This document shows, piece by piece, positions 1-13,862 of a DNA stretch of 64,000 bases. This stretch comes from Octopus vulgaris. Its lineage: Eukaryota. The DNA lies in contig OX597818.1 in the NCBI GenBank assembly GCA_951406725.2, positions 110,174,001 to 110,238,000 on the forward strand, given 5' to 3'. Numbering within the stretch: position 1 is the stretch's first letter; every line of letters starts with the position of its first letter. Made by a program: the position numbers and the translations under genes. The notes under the pieces are model-generated. The model worked only from the letters and a program-made list of their open reading frames with translations. It ran no database searches and was not told where the DNA came from.

Positions 1-230
1 CAATGTGGGAGCCCTTAAAATAGCAAGCATTCCTTAGCTACACACAAGACAAAATGTCAGAAAGACAGGGCAGTTATTCCTCTACAATTTTTTGTAAATT
101 CTTAAATATATCTCCTTCTGAGTATATACACTCTCCACGCCGCTGGACAACAACCTTTCCCTCTGCTGATTATTATATATTTATGGTTCGCAGTTGCTTT
201 ACTGTTGTTATTGTTGTTCTGTTGTTGTTG

Positions 231-318
<88 letters not shown>

Positions 319-775
319 TAAATTTCTTCGATGCGTCTGCAAGAATATAATGTGTCCAAAACTACGAAGAGATGCGATTTGATCGAAGAATTGAGACGAA
401 GAATGATAAGAAGTAATCAATGAAAAATATCATAGCGGGGATCTATTAATCAGATATCATATATTGTAAATAAATTAGATCAAATATGACAGCCAGACAA
501 AAACATGTTACAAGCAAAATTGGAACAGACGACAAATAAATGCCTGCATCAAAAGACACATGGTTATGTATACTCCAGAAACTGCGAGGCTTGTGTTATA
601 AAAAGCTTATATTTTATTTGATATAAGTGTAGTATTGAATGGAGCGTATGCGGCTATAGAAAGGCTCATATAATGATATATAATTATATACATATCAACA
701 CATCCATCAACAGGCATAAACACACATAATACACTACCTATAATACGTACAGCCATATGTATTTAACTATACATG

Positions 776-817
<42 letters not shown>

Positions 818-818
<1 letters not shown>

Positions 819-957
819 ACTAGAATGGACGAAAGCGTTAATATATGATATATGATGTATAAAAGCATGTAATATACAAATAAATGCCTGTAAATATAAA
901 ACCACCCGAGTACCTCATTTCTTCTAATATAAAATACCTATACATCATCTCCAAACC

Positions 958-963
<6 letters not shown>
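818..963 (+). repeat. ~145-bp dispersed repeat, second copy at ~54857-55045
   Basis: ACTAGAATGGACGAAAG..TATATGATGTATAAAA..GTAAATATAAAACCA..GAGTACCTCA..TCCAAACCTTCT present at both loci. Confidence 0.8.
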
Positions 964-1044
<81 letters not shown>

Positions 1045-1056
1045 ATATATATATAG

Positions 1057-1087
<31 letters not shown>

Positions 1088-1098
1088 GTGTGTATATA

Positions 1099-1131
<33 letters not shown>

Positions 1132-1163
1132 GTATATATATGTATGTGTATATATACATATGC

Positions 1164-1194
<31 letters not shown>

Positions 1195-1229
1195 CATGTA
1201 TATATATGTATGTGTATATATACATATGC

Positions 1230-1263
<34 letters not shown>

Positions 1264-1467
1264 TCATTCAAGAAGTCTTTGGACAAATTCCTTCAAACAG
1301 TACCGGACAAACCACCCACACCCGGATATGTCTCCCAAACAATAACCCTCTGCTCGAATGGGCCTTGTGCCCAAATCCTGAACTGAAAGACTTCGCCAGG
1401 TGGTGCTATTAAGTTAGACATGGCCTGGGCCAATACTGGCCAAAACCTTTCTAAGTTATTCTAAGTT
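1264..1467 (+). mobile_element. Short 3' fragment of the 6620-7796 LINE family
   Basis: [23 protein letters not shown] matches the 7590-7660 translation. Same 3' UTR CCAGGTGGTGCTATTAAGTTAGACATGGCCTGGGCCAATA. Tail (TTCTAAGTTA)2. Embedded in TA-rich microsatellite. Confidence 0.88.
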
Positions 1468-1514
1468 ATATATATATACATGTATATATATGTATGTGTA
1501 TATATACATATGCA

Positions 1515-1549
<35 letters not shown>

Positions 1550-1612
1550 GTATGTGTATATATACATACATATATATATACATGTATACATATGTATGTG
1601 TATATATACATA

Positions 1613-1677
<65 letters not shown>

Positions 1678-1934
1678 AGATATATATATATATGGGTACA
1701 GGACGTCAGCAACAGTAAACAACATGAAATACGAAAACAAATGAGTTCAATACACAAACAACGAAAGAAACAAATGGAAAGCAGGACAAGTAACACAAAG
1801 AACGACTCTTCATCAGTTGTCGGCTGTCTGTCTACTCCCCATTTCGAGCATTGAGCGACACATACATACATACATACATACATACATACATACATACATA
1901 CATACATACATGCATGCATACATACATACATACA

Positions 1935-2103
1935 TATACGACGAGCCTCTTTCAGTTTCCGTCTTCCAAATCCACTCACAAGCCTTCGATCGGCCGGAGG
2001 CTATAGTAGAAGACACTTGCTCAAAGTGCCACCCAGTGGGACTGAACCCGGAACCTTGTGGTTCGTAAGCAAGCTACTTACCACACAGCCACTCATACGC
2101 CTA
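1935..2103 (-). mobile_element. SINE family A, 5' half
   Basis: Reverse complement of the family A head and core. Confidence 0.85.
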
Positions 2104-3276
2104 TGGAAAAATTATTTGAAACCTATGGAAAAAAATTAATTATGAAATATTTGCCGTAGTTTTAAGATCATTTTCACTTTAAAACATTCTTTTAAATATA
2201 CCAAAACAATTTTTGTAATGTTATTCCCTTGGAAATCATGTTAAAAACATCAAAAGATTATCTGTTTAAAGAAAGCTAAAATATAAATACTTACTGCAGA
2301 AACAACTTACATTTTTGAAATCACATTCACTTAGAAATATTTCTAAATGATTAAAATATTGTGCTTAACAAAAAGTGAAAATACAAACATTTACTGTAAA
2401 AGAACAAATCCTGTTTTTTGTTGTCTCGTAACAGCGACTAATCGAAAGGTAAGAGTTACTTCCCTTTCAGGATTGAATTATTTTCGGAGAATTTTCCCAC
2501 TATGCACCATTTGGGGGGATTTATATCTCGAAGCCCCCTAATACCTCAATAACCGGTTGTCCGATTTACGCGAAACTTGATTTATTCCGTTCGTATTAAT
2601 ATTTCAGGGACGACTTAATTCATAGAATTTTCCCATTATGCCCCAATTTGGGTGGGTAACATTACAAGCAAGCAACGTTAAAGGTCACTTTTAATGTATT
2701 ATAGATATATGTATGCATGTATGTATATGTATGCATGTATGTATATGTATGCATGTATGTATATGTATGCATATGCCAAAGTTTCTTCAGCATTTTAGGC
2801 GTTTAAAGTATCGACTCGCGTGGCGGTTTCATTAATTACATAGCCATGATGGACAGCTCACATTTGAATATGTCCTTAAGATGGGACTAGTCTTTATATT
2901 GTACCAGACATGTTGAAATTTTACCATTATGATTTATTGTGAAATGAAGACTTCCAAATATAACGGAATTGAGAAAGCCATATGAATCCAGAGACGACTA
3001 ATCTATGGAATTTTATTCCGTTTATATCAATGAATATATGGCGTCACACAGTAGTATGTATGTCTTGATGAAATAACTTCTGAAGGATACGAGAAATAGA
3101 TTTCCTGCAGATGTGAAATGCATTAAAATATTGTCAGTCTTATAGTTGTAGTCAATACACACACACACAAGCACACACACACACATTCACACACATACAC
3201 AAACATATGTATGTATGTATATATATAAAGAAAAAGCGAGAGAGAGAGAGGGAGAGCGGGAGAGAGACAGAGAGAG

Positions 3277-4151
3277 AGGTTGCGGTGAAAATATTGTCTA
3301 AATTATGCAAAACTGAAAATAACATTTACATCTCATTTTAAAAGGTGTATTTACCAAAATTGCATTAAAATATCTTGAAATACTATAGAGTAAATATATT
3401 CAATAAAATCGCCATTGGCTGCAACCACGGCCTCCAGATGACTTACGAATCTCCTGTAACTCTTTTGGACGCTATACCTCTTTAATTTGGTAAATGCTGC
3501 CATAATCCTTACCTTCAGTTCATCTTTGGTGCTACAAGGAGTTTTGTTGGTCTCTCACTGAACTACGCCCCAGACATAACAATCAAGGGGGCTGCAGTCT
3601 GGAGAGTTAAATGGCCAAATGTTAGGAGTAAAATGGTCGCAGAAATTGACAGACAGCTATGACAGGGTCCTCCTGCTTGTATGACACGGGGCAGAGTCCT
3701 GTTGCCAGACTCATGATCTTGCAACAGCCACTCTCTTGACCCAGGGCAACACTACCTCCTCCAGGCACTTGCTGTAGGACACCGTGTTGAGTCTGAGGCT
3801 GTATGGGAAGATGAATGGAGGCATGACGTTGCCATCACTAGGGATTTTTCCAAACACCATGATGTTAACTGGATGTTTGATTTTTATCACTCTCGGTACA
3901 TGTTTTGGGGACACAGCAAGCCAAGGATCGTTCTATGTGTTCACCGTCTTTTCGTATTGGAGCATCTAGCACGAATCCCAAGCATAACAGCCTGTCTTTT
4001 CCGAATTTCTGGCAGAGTGAATTACGCCATGTGGGCACGACGGTGCCCAAGTGACCTTACAATACTGTATAGTCTACAAAACCAAAATCAAACAATGCGC
4101 TTTCGAGAAATTAAGAATATAAAATGGCGACAATTTACCCATCCCACTCTG
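3277..4151 (-). mobile_element. Decayed Tc1/mariner-superfamily transposon, DD37D (maT) type, internally deleted
   Basis: Minus strand KHPVNIMVFG..SDGNVMPPFIF..VLPW, then WQQD + 37 residues + D (WPFNSPDCSPLD), ending HLEAVVAANGDFIE*. In-frame stops. Terminus TA-CAGAGTGGGATGGGTAAATTGTCGCC. Confidence 0.85.
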
Positions 4152-4627
4152 TATAAAATGTTCTTTGAAAAGAGATGCTTAAAGGATAGTGATATTTTCG
4201 GTTTGTGTTTCTAACAAATCGACCCCATGGGAAAAATATGATATTTATCTCCGTCATCTTACAATAAAATAGGAATGAAGATATATTTTTAATTATACAT
4301 AAATAAAGGTGTTATTGGAATGAAATGTTTTCCATTAACTCTAGCTTAGGAATTGAAAGATAATACATCTTTTAATAAGTGAGAAGTAATTGAAACGTAA
4401 CAAACCATCATTTAGCTTATATTTGCCTCGGAATATATTTTTTAAAAATATATGTGTACACATACACACGTATGTACTTATGTATGCATGTATGTATGTA
4501 TGTACATATTATATATACATATGTATATATGTATATATATATGTATATATAATATGTTATATACATACATACATACATGCATACATATATACATACGTGT
4601 GTATGTGTATACATACATATATATATT

Positions 4628-4664
<37 letters not shown>

Positions 4665-4727
4665 AAGAAATATATATATGTTTAGAAAAAAAGTAAAGAT
4701 ATATACATATACACACATATATATATG

Positions 4728-4759
<32 letters not shown>

Positions 4760-4920
4760 TGTATGTATGTATGTATATATGTATGTATATATATATATAT
4801 TGCAAATGTATCGTATATCGGAAAAAGTGGCAGACTCTGAAGCATAGAGCAGTAATGTATTTATATGTAGTTAAGTCAATGTCCGGTGATAGAGCGACCA
4901 ACGATTTCGCATCCATAAAT

Positions 4921-5480
4921 AGGTATTTCGCCTGTCTTTACGTTCTGGGTTCAAATTCCGCCGAGGTTGACTTTGCCTTTCAGCCTTTTGGGGTCGATAA
5001 ATTTGTTTATAATTTGATAAACCAGTTGTGTATTGGAGTCGATCTAATCGACTTAACCTTTTTGTCTGTCCTTGTTTATCCACTCTATGTTTAGCTCCTT
5101 GTGGGCAATAAAGAAATAAGAAACGTTAGCATGCCGGGCGAAATGCATAGCGGTATTTCGTCCGCTACTACGTTCTGAGTTCAAATTCCGCCGAGGTCGA
5201 CTTTGCCATTCATCCTTTCGGGGTCGATAAATTAAGTACCAGTTACGCACTGGAGGTCGATATAATTAAGTAACGGCGAGCTGAGTTACGCACAGGAGTC
5301 GATATAATCGACTTAATCCGTTTGTCTGTCCTCGTTTGTCCCCTCTGTGTTTAGCCCCTTGTGGGTAGTAAAGAAATAGGTATTTCGTACGTCTCTACGT
5401 CCTGAGCTCAAATTCCGCCGAGGTCGACTTTGCCTAAAATCAGTACCAGCTGCATACTGAGGATCAGTCTAATCGTGCCT
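4921..5480 (+). mobile_element. SINE family B multimer
   Basis: Three cores in tandem. Confidence 0.85.
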
Positions 5481-5937
5481 AGAGTGTATAGTTAAGGTTG
5501 GATGAAATTATGTTTCATGATAACGCTTGTAACAAGGGAATATAACGCTGAGTTGAAAAATACGCGTGAAAACCGCCGGCAATTAGTGAATTAGTTAGTC
5601 ATAATAGGTCTGCTGTGGTCGCTCGTATTCGTGACAGGATTTAGAATGCTCGGTTAGACAGAAGATGGAATCCTGGCTATTGATGTTAAAAGTCATAAAT
5701 TAATAGCTATCGTCCAAATTATCCGCATCAACGGAGATAATTACTGCATCTAAAGCGCAAACAAGGACACAGAGACTTAATATCGATCCAAAATATTGAA
5801 GGTAGCATCATGTTCCCTTGATAGTCGATACTACCAAGTCTCGACCTGCGTCCAAGAAGTCTGGATACATGAGGGGGCAATAACATAAAGGGAGTTGAAA
5901 AAGAGTTTTAAAGAGAATATTCCCTAAAGAACGGTCA

Positions 5938-6619
<682 letters not shown>

Positions 6620-7796
6620 TGGTGTCTCTGGAAGGTTACTGAAATGGATCAAGTGTTTCCTGACAGACAGATCTCAACATGTTGTAGTTGAAGGGGTAAA
6701 ATCAAGCCCAGCCAAAGTCAGTAGTGGCGTTCCGCAAGGCACTGTGCTGGGCCCACTTCTTTTCATCATCTACATTAATGACATTAATGACATCATCAAG
6801 CACAGCAACATAAAAATCTTTGCAGATGATTCCAAGCTACAGAAGGTCATAAATGAGGCGAGTGACCGGACATGCCTTCAGTCAGATCTACTGGCTGTTT
6901 TCCAATGGGCAGAAAAAAACAATATGCTGCTGAACGAGGATAAATTTGAGTTAATCCACTTTGGAAAAGAGGATGCCCTGAAACTCCCATACTCCCTTCC
7001 TTCAGGTGAAACTCTCGCGGCGTCCAACAACATCAGAGACTTGGGAGTAATTGTGGACAACAACATAAGCTGGGCCACTCATATAAACACCAAAGTTGAC
7101 ATGGCCCGCAGAATGTGTTCCTGGATTCTCAGAACTTTCCAGTCGAGAGATATCCACACCATTATCCTTCTCTTCTCCCCTTTTGCCCGACCCCACCTTG
7201 AATACTGTTATCCACTGTGGTCTCCCCACACAATACAAAGTATCATAAAAGTTGAAGCACCTCAAAGGGCAATCACAAAAAAGATAGATGGCATGACAGG
7301 CCTCGACTATTGGGGTCGACTAGAAAAGCTAAAACTTTATTCTCTCCAACGTCGTCGTGAGCGCTACATCATCTGCATGATGTGGAAAATATTCCATCAG
7401 CATTGCCCAAATGATGTTGGCATCACCTTCAAGGTACATCCAAGGCTTGGGCCCCGTGCCATCCACCCAAAACAAAAATCGCACTCTCATCTCATAACAA
7501 CAATACGGCACAATTATTTCACCTCAATTGGCCCCGCTCTCTTTAACATTACACCAAAACACATTAAAACAGAAACTGACCCTATAGGGTTCAAGAACTC
7601 TTTGGACAGATTCCTTCAAGAAATCCCGGATAAACCCCCTACACCCGGATATGTCTCTGTAAACAATAACTCTCTACTTGAGTGGGCCATAGTGCCCAAA
7701 TTCTGACTTGAAAGACTTCACCAGGTGGTGCTATTAAGTTAGACATGGCCTGGGCCAATAATGGCCGAAACCTATCAAAGTATCAAAGTATCAAAG
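6620..7796 (+). mobile_element. 5'-truncated CR1-group LINE (second family) inserted in (TA)n
   Basis: Open frame from 6622 ([44 protein letters not shown]) to stop at 7706. Tail (TATCAAAG)3 at 7773-7796. TATACAT flanks both sides (6613-6619, 7797-7803). Confidence 0.92.
6744..7706 (+). pseudogene. C-terminal half of LINE reverse transcriptase (uninterrupted but 5'-truncated)
   Basis: ORF track 320 aa with LGPLLF, FADD, IRDLGV, RPHLEYC motifs. Confidence 0.9.
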
Positions 7797-7797
7797 T

Positions 7798-7833
<36 letters not shown>

Positions 7834-7834
7834 C

Positions 7835-8250
7835 CAGGCCAATTTCCCATTGTATTTTTATTAGCGAGTAGCCACAGCAAGATACATACAAACACCAGGC
7901 ATTCTATTCATTTCCCAATTCAAAGGGGTCAGACTCGTTCCATGTTCGGATGAAGTCATAGAACGCAATATCAGCAGCGAGGCCCGACAGCATATGCCGG
8001 TTTACCTCCACCGCTCCATGCTGGTTCCGTACCCCTTTGAACAACATCAAAATTCACTCATACATCCACAAACACACTCCAAGCTTTTCTATCATTTATA
8101 AACTCTCTTGCCTCTTTCGCTCCAACAACTCTAACCACCATCTACACAAACCGAGGTCTGCCTCTCGTTCTGCTGCCTACCACTTCTGCTTTGATCACTC
8201 TCCATAAAACTCCGCTCCTCATCCATCCTCTCCATGTGGCCTTCACCGTA
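7835..8250 (-). mobile_element. Decayed RTE-clade LINE 3' end
   Basis: Minus-strand frameshifted GHMERMDEER / RVIKAEVVGSRTRGRPR / EAREFINDRKAW, typical of the RTE C-terminus. Confidence 0.65.
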
Positions 8251-8860
8251 TGTTGACTATAGAGAATAGTTTAATATTGAGGGGTATAAAACCCCTTAAC
8301 GAAAAACATGGTATAAGTACGCATGCCCTTTTTTCTGTAACGCGGTCTTGTATGCTGTAATATTGAATTATTTTCTGTAGTCAATATACGGCGAAGGAAG
8401 GCGGCGTGCTGGCAGAAGTGTTAAGCACGCCGGGCGAAATGCTTAGCGGCATTTCGTCTGTCTTTACATTCTGAGTTCAAATTCCGCCGAAGTCAACTTT
8501 GGCTTTCAACCTTCCTGGGTTGATGAATTAAGTACCAGTTGTATACTGGGTCGATGTAATTGACTGCTCCCTCTCCCCCAAAATTTTGGGCTTTGTGCCA
8601 AGAGTAGAAAAGAATAGACGGCGAAGGTTTACAATTCTGTTTATAGAACGTCAATCGCCACTGTTGCCTTTTTTCCTGCAGAATTTGCATATCTTTTCTC
8701 TTTGATTTGTTTCGGCCATGCTAGGGCACCGCCTTGAAGGGTTTTAGCCGAACAAATTGATGCCAGGAGATTTTTAAAGCTCGGTGTCTTTTTGCTGAAC
8801 TGCCAAGTTAAGGGAACTTAAACGCACAAACACCGGTTGTCAAGCGGTGGTAGGTTCCAA

Positions 8861-8928
<68 letters not shown>

Positions 8929-9051
8929 GTAAATACATATATACGACGGGCTTCTTTCAGTTTCCATCTATCAAATCCACTCACAAGGCTTTGACCGGCC
9001 CATCCCATTTTCTGTATGTCCCTATCTCTCTTCTCTCTCTCTTTCCCATTA

Positions 9052-9132
<81 letters not shown>

Positions 9133-9529
9133 CTTAAATCTCCCATAACCCGCTTCAGTCGGGAAGACGGTCTCTTGCAAAATAATAATAAAATAGAAAT
9201 AAAACAAAAAAAAAACATCCACTAAAAAAAAGGCGACCTTTGAATGCCATCAATAGACTCTCATAATAAATCCAAATAAACTTTTATGGAAGTCTCTTGG
9301 AGTGAATGAATAACCTGATGGCAAAAGAACGACGGTGCCTCTACTTGTCTATTTCATTCTTAGAAAATTGAAAGGCAAAAGACACTTCAGATTTTGATTT
9401 TAAAATCTTCCATGGCGAAAGAGAAAGAGATTAGACACTGCGACGTACTTGAACTCGTATTTATAATTTTTGGCTACAACCCACTTCGCTTTGTGAGACA
9501 AGATGAAGGCAGGAGGTTAGTCAATATCC

Positions 9530-9858
9530 TCGATCCTTGTTCATGACTGGTACTTTATTTAATCGAGTCCAGAGTGACAACAACAAAGTTAGCCTGGGAT
9601 AGATTTGAATCCAGAGCATATAGGCGGTGAAGTAAAAACCTCACGGCAGTTTTCCTATGCACGAACGGCTTGGTAAGAGATTCGCCATCGTAATTTTTAC
9701 TGCAGTTCAAACTACCAAGGCGTTCGAGCATAGGAAAAATGGCATGAGGCTTTTATTTCACCGCCTATATGCTCTGGATTCAAATCCAACCCAGGCAAAC
9801 TTTGCTGTTATTACTCTGGATTCGATTAAATAAAGTACCAGTCATGCACTAGGATCGA
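9530..9858. repeat. Fold-back inverted duplication of a decayed SINE
   Basis: Arms 9530-9675 and 9713-9858 are reverse-complementary, with a ~37-nt spacer. Confidence 0.85.
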
Positions 9859-9869
9859 TGTTGTTAGAC

Positions 9870-10250
9870 CACGGAAGAAGTCTGTAAATTGGCTCGAGTC
9901 TGTTTGTGCGTGTTTCATTATTTTGCAAGATTTTGTAATATTGTGTTAAAACGGATCTTAGATCTTTCCGAAGGTTGGCAAGTTTGAAAAACGTATCATT
10001 ACCAAATTTTGCCAAAAGCTCGGCGAATTCCTCACGGAGATCACCGATATGCTTCGTTGGCGGTTTCTATGAACATTGTTCGAAACAAAGAGAGGTTTTT
10101 GAAGAAAATGAGCGAAAATTCGTAAAGTCATGCGTATGGACCGCTGCCGAAAAAAAACCACACTCTGTACTGAGCACTCCAAAAATTGCAGTAAAAATTA
10201 AAATTATAATCCTCCCATTTTTGTTACTGCGCCTGAAATTCAAATCCAGA
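9870..10250 (+). mobile_element. Decayed mariner remnant (N-terminal HTH region)
   Basis: KRIITKFCQKLGEFLTEITDMLR resembles the mariner N-terminus QR..IKFC.KLG....ET..ML; boundaries approximate. Confidence 0.5.
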
Positions 10251-10880
10251 CATCAATCTGTGACATATTCTGAATAATTCAAGACGATATTAAAGGCTGA
10301 TGCTATCGGAATATAGAGTATTTCAAAAGAAACTTATGCATCATTCTAAATGTTAACTTTTTTTTCTAATATCTTCAAAGCTGTTAGGATCAAATCAAAT
10401 ATTCAATCTGTATGAACAACCGTCCTCTGGTTAAATGCTAGAGCTTGAAATCAAATTAGTTGAAGAATCGTGTTGCGTCAGTGATAATCGATTCATTAAC
10501 CTTTTCTGCGATGATAATCCGCAACAGTAAGATCTCCTGTGATATGGAAAAAAAAACAACATAATCTCTGAGAGAGAGAGAGCGCGGGGTGGGGGGGGGC
10601 CTTAACGAACTTATTCACGTAATATCGCAATATATATATATATAACTATTATAATCAACTTCCTGGCACTGAATGTACTTGCTGCCTCTCAATTTAGTAA
10701 ATACATTTTTCATGAAGAAGCGCCAAAGCAGCGTGACGGGGAGTTATATTCTGCAACCATGCGTGCAGCCAATTTGTCATTGTCTAGAAATATTTTGCGC
10801 TGTAGTTTCTTTATGATGTTACTGTCTAAATAGCTCTCTCTCTCTCTCTCTCTTTCTCTCTATCTCTTTCTCTCTCTCCC

Positions 10881-10912
<32 letters not shown>

Positions 10913-10921
10913 TGTATGTGA

Positions 10922-11100
10922 AGGCGCGTGGCTTAGTGGTTAGGGCATTCGGCTTACGATCATAAGGTCGTGAGTTCAATTCCCGGTGACGCATTGTGTC
11001 CCTGAGCAAGACACTTTATTTCACATTGCTCCAGTCCACTCAGCTGGCAAAAAGGAGTGGTACTTGTATTTCAAAGGGCCAGCCTTGTCACGCTCTGTGT
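10922..11100 (+). mobile_element. tRNA-derived SINE family C (CORE-like); also 41644-41940(+), 50905-51066(+)
   Basis: GGCGCGTGGCTTAGTGGTTAGGG..GAGTTCAATTCC..TGTGTCC.TGAGCAAGACACTTTATTTCAC..GCTCCAGTCCACTCAGCTGG. Confidence 0.85.
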
Positions 11101-11154
11101 TTTCTATTGACCGTCGAGAAAAGTTACGTCATTCCTTTAAAGTACTATTATTAT

Positions 11155-11277
11155 TTCTTTTTATCACAGATTTTGTTGGAGCTCCTAGAGTCTTACATGT
11201 GTAGCGGGCTTACTACCTGCAGCCTACGGTGCCATGCTATCCATTCTTTTCAGCTATCGAAAACTTTCCTGATGATT
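11155..11277 (-). mobile_element. Short Dong/R4-type 3' UTR copy
   Basis: GGGCTTACTACCTGCAGCCTACGGT.CCATGCTATCCATTCT shared with 13707-13748. Confidence 0.78.
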
Positions 11278-11346
11278 TATCATCATATTCATTATCATTA
11301 TTATTATTAATATGAAAGACTTTCGGATATTTCTTAATTACTGATT

Positions 11347-11891
11347 ATTCTTTACCTGAAAGCAATAACAAATTCCTAAAGGTTTAATGTTGTGCCTTCT
11401 CCTGTGACTCAAAGAGACAATACTCTCCTTAGAATGCGAGCTGTACCCAACAATGCTGTCTTCTGGATCACCTCGAGCCTGACAGCATCTCCAATATTCT
11501 TAATATTTTTTCTAAAACTCTTGGAAACTGCTCCTAATGCTCCAATTTCCATCGGTATCACCATTACTTCCCTCACACTCCATAACTTTCTCTCTCAACC
11601 CCCAATGGTTGGTATTTCTCACTATTTTCAGTTTCCTTAAAATTCCCCCTCGAATCACCTGATATTGCAACATCTATTATCTTTACTTCTTTTTCATCTT
11701 TATGGCTGATCACGATATCTGGCCGTCTCGCCTCTATGACTTGGTCGCACTGCATGTTAAAATCCCAGAGTATTTTCTGATACTCCCTCTGGCTTGTGTT
11801 CATACCATCATTCGACTCTCGCGAGGCTTGCTTTACCGCACAACAGCCAGGAGACATATCTGGCCACATTGTCCTGTCACATATCTAGCCA

Positions 11892-11892
<1 letters not shown>
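11347..11892 (-). mobile_element. Dong/R4-type non-LTR retrotransposon 3' remnant (RLE endonuclease)
   Basis: KILWDFNMQCDQVIEARRPDIV..VKIIDVAI..EKYQ (PD..D motif) and terminal IQKTALLGTARILRRVL*; next to (TAA)n. Confidence 0.88.
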
Positions 11893-11981
<89 letters not shown>

Positions 11982-12170
11982 ATCCAAATCAGTTTGATCG
12001 GCTGCATGTGACTTAGAGTTTCCTAGACTTTTTACAGAAACTTTAAGTCGCATGGCGTGGAAGCAAACTGTTGCAAATAACATATCTGCAACACCGACTA
12101 AATGTGCTAAGTGCCTTCTTCTTTCCTTCGCCCACTCACCTCTCTCTCTCTATATATATATATATATAAT

Positions 12171-12213
<43 letters not shown>

Positions 12214-12829
12214 ATATTTAAAGAGACGCCAGCCAGTTTAAGTGAGATAAAGCTAAATATTTTTTTTGTTTATTACAGCGATATTTTTGATGGTTGTTCA
12301 GAAATTTTGTGAATGTTTGAGAGGTTTTGATCGTATCAGGTTATCTGGAATTGCTTGCGTTGTTCATTGCTTTTTTATTGTTAAATAATGCAAATTATTT
12401 AACCATTAAAAATAATGCTGCAGTAATTACACTTTGAAACAAATGAGAATAATATTGTTATAGCAATAACAATTACGATAATATTTCATCACTTGTCAAA
12501 CATGAAAACTTATAAGTAAGGGCCAAGGATGCGTCCTAATAAAGGCTTGTTAAAAGTACTTGCTAAGAAGGATTTAATTATTTGTTAAAGACTAATATTA
12601 AAAGCAAAGTTGTTGATGTATGACTATATGTGATTGATTTTATGTTTGGGTTGAAGCGTCTGCATTATGTGCAGTTGTGGGTGGTTGTTTGTGTTTATTT
12701 TGTATATATGTAAAAACTAAGTTGGCGCTATAAAAAGGGCCACAGCTACAAATGCAAACCGTTAAAAGTATTACAACAGACGGATATACATACGCAACAT
12801 TAATATTATAAGAAAGATTACCCCTCTTA

Positions 12830-13625
12830 CCACCCCTTCTACTTTTGTCGCTCTTGGTAGTGTTGTCGATTTTGCACATAGTCCTTAACGCTTGTTTTTG
12901 TGCTACGCATATAAGTGCTTCTGTCTCTATCTTCAGGTCACTCCTCCTCATCCACAACCTCTGGTCCTCTGTATCTGTCCTGGATTCCGTATCTCTCGTA
13001 CATTTTTTCACCTTCCATGCTGTTTCATTTTTTCTGTTCTTTTCCTCTTTAAGTTTTTCTTTCTTTACACAATTATCAATTCTACTGACGCAGGACTTCT
13101 TCAAATATTCCAACAATGGTTACACAGTATTTTTTTCATACCATTCTAGCTGTTTTCCGCAGTTTCGATACAATTCTAACAACAGTTCAAACTTTTACCG
13201 ACCTTTCTTCTGGACAAGTATATCCTATCGGTGTCACTCTTAGGATGTACAGCTCCGTGCTCAGTCAATATCTTTCTTATCTTCGTATCCATGTTCATCA
13301 GTTCCTTCTTTTGCCACTTCACGATTCCAGCTCCATACCAAAGTCATGCTATTGCTTCTGTGCTAACTGCTTGGGTTTTACTCCATGCGGTCAATTTTGA
13401 GCGCACACCAATCCTAGTCTTCGGAAATATTCCTTTCTCAGTTGTTTTTTCATTTCCTTCTCCATGATTTTGTTGAACTCTAGTACACCAAGATATTTGT
13501 AGCCTTCCGTTTCAATTTGCTTAATCAATTCTCTAATCGGTAATTCTGTCCCTGCAAGAGACAGTACCTTGCCTCTTTTCGGCCTGGGATTTCTTCTTCT
13601 TCATCGAGAACCACTGCCTGGTACT
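12830..13625 (-). mobile_element. Dong/R4-type remnant (RT thumb to zinc-knuckle region)
   Basis: EGYKYLGVLE and WMRRSDLKIETEALICVAQKQALRT..KID; frameshifted. Confidence 0.85.
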
Positions 13626-13654
13626 GCATCAGGGTATAATAATAATTATTATTA

Positions 13655-13862
13655 TTTCTTTTTATCATATGCTTTGTTGGAACTACTGGACTCTTGCATG
13701 CGTAGTGGGCTTACTACCTGCAGCCTACGGTACCATGCTATCCATTCTTCTCAGCTATCTAATACTTTTCTGATTATTCTGGCCGTACCAAGGAGGCAAG
13801 CCTTTTGCAACAGTTCTACTTGGCACTCTTTTCCGATTTCCTTCATATTTCTCTTCATACCT
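13655..13862 (-). mobile_element. Dong/R4-type 3' end, second family; shorter copy at 11155-11277
   Basis: VELLQKACLLGTARIIRKVLDS* plus a 3' UTR shared with 11155-11277; both end in (TAA)n. Confidence 0.8.

Noticed and set aside
1694-1860. CTGATGA on the minus strand at ~1811 in a microsatellite-flanked cassette
   Set aside because: No properly placed GAAA/UH or stem I; it may be a pLTR piece but is not callable as a ribozyme.
10922-10990. tRNA-like heads (also 18280-18345, 50905-50975)
   Set aside because: They continue into SINE bodies, and no complete cloverleaf is supported.
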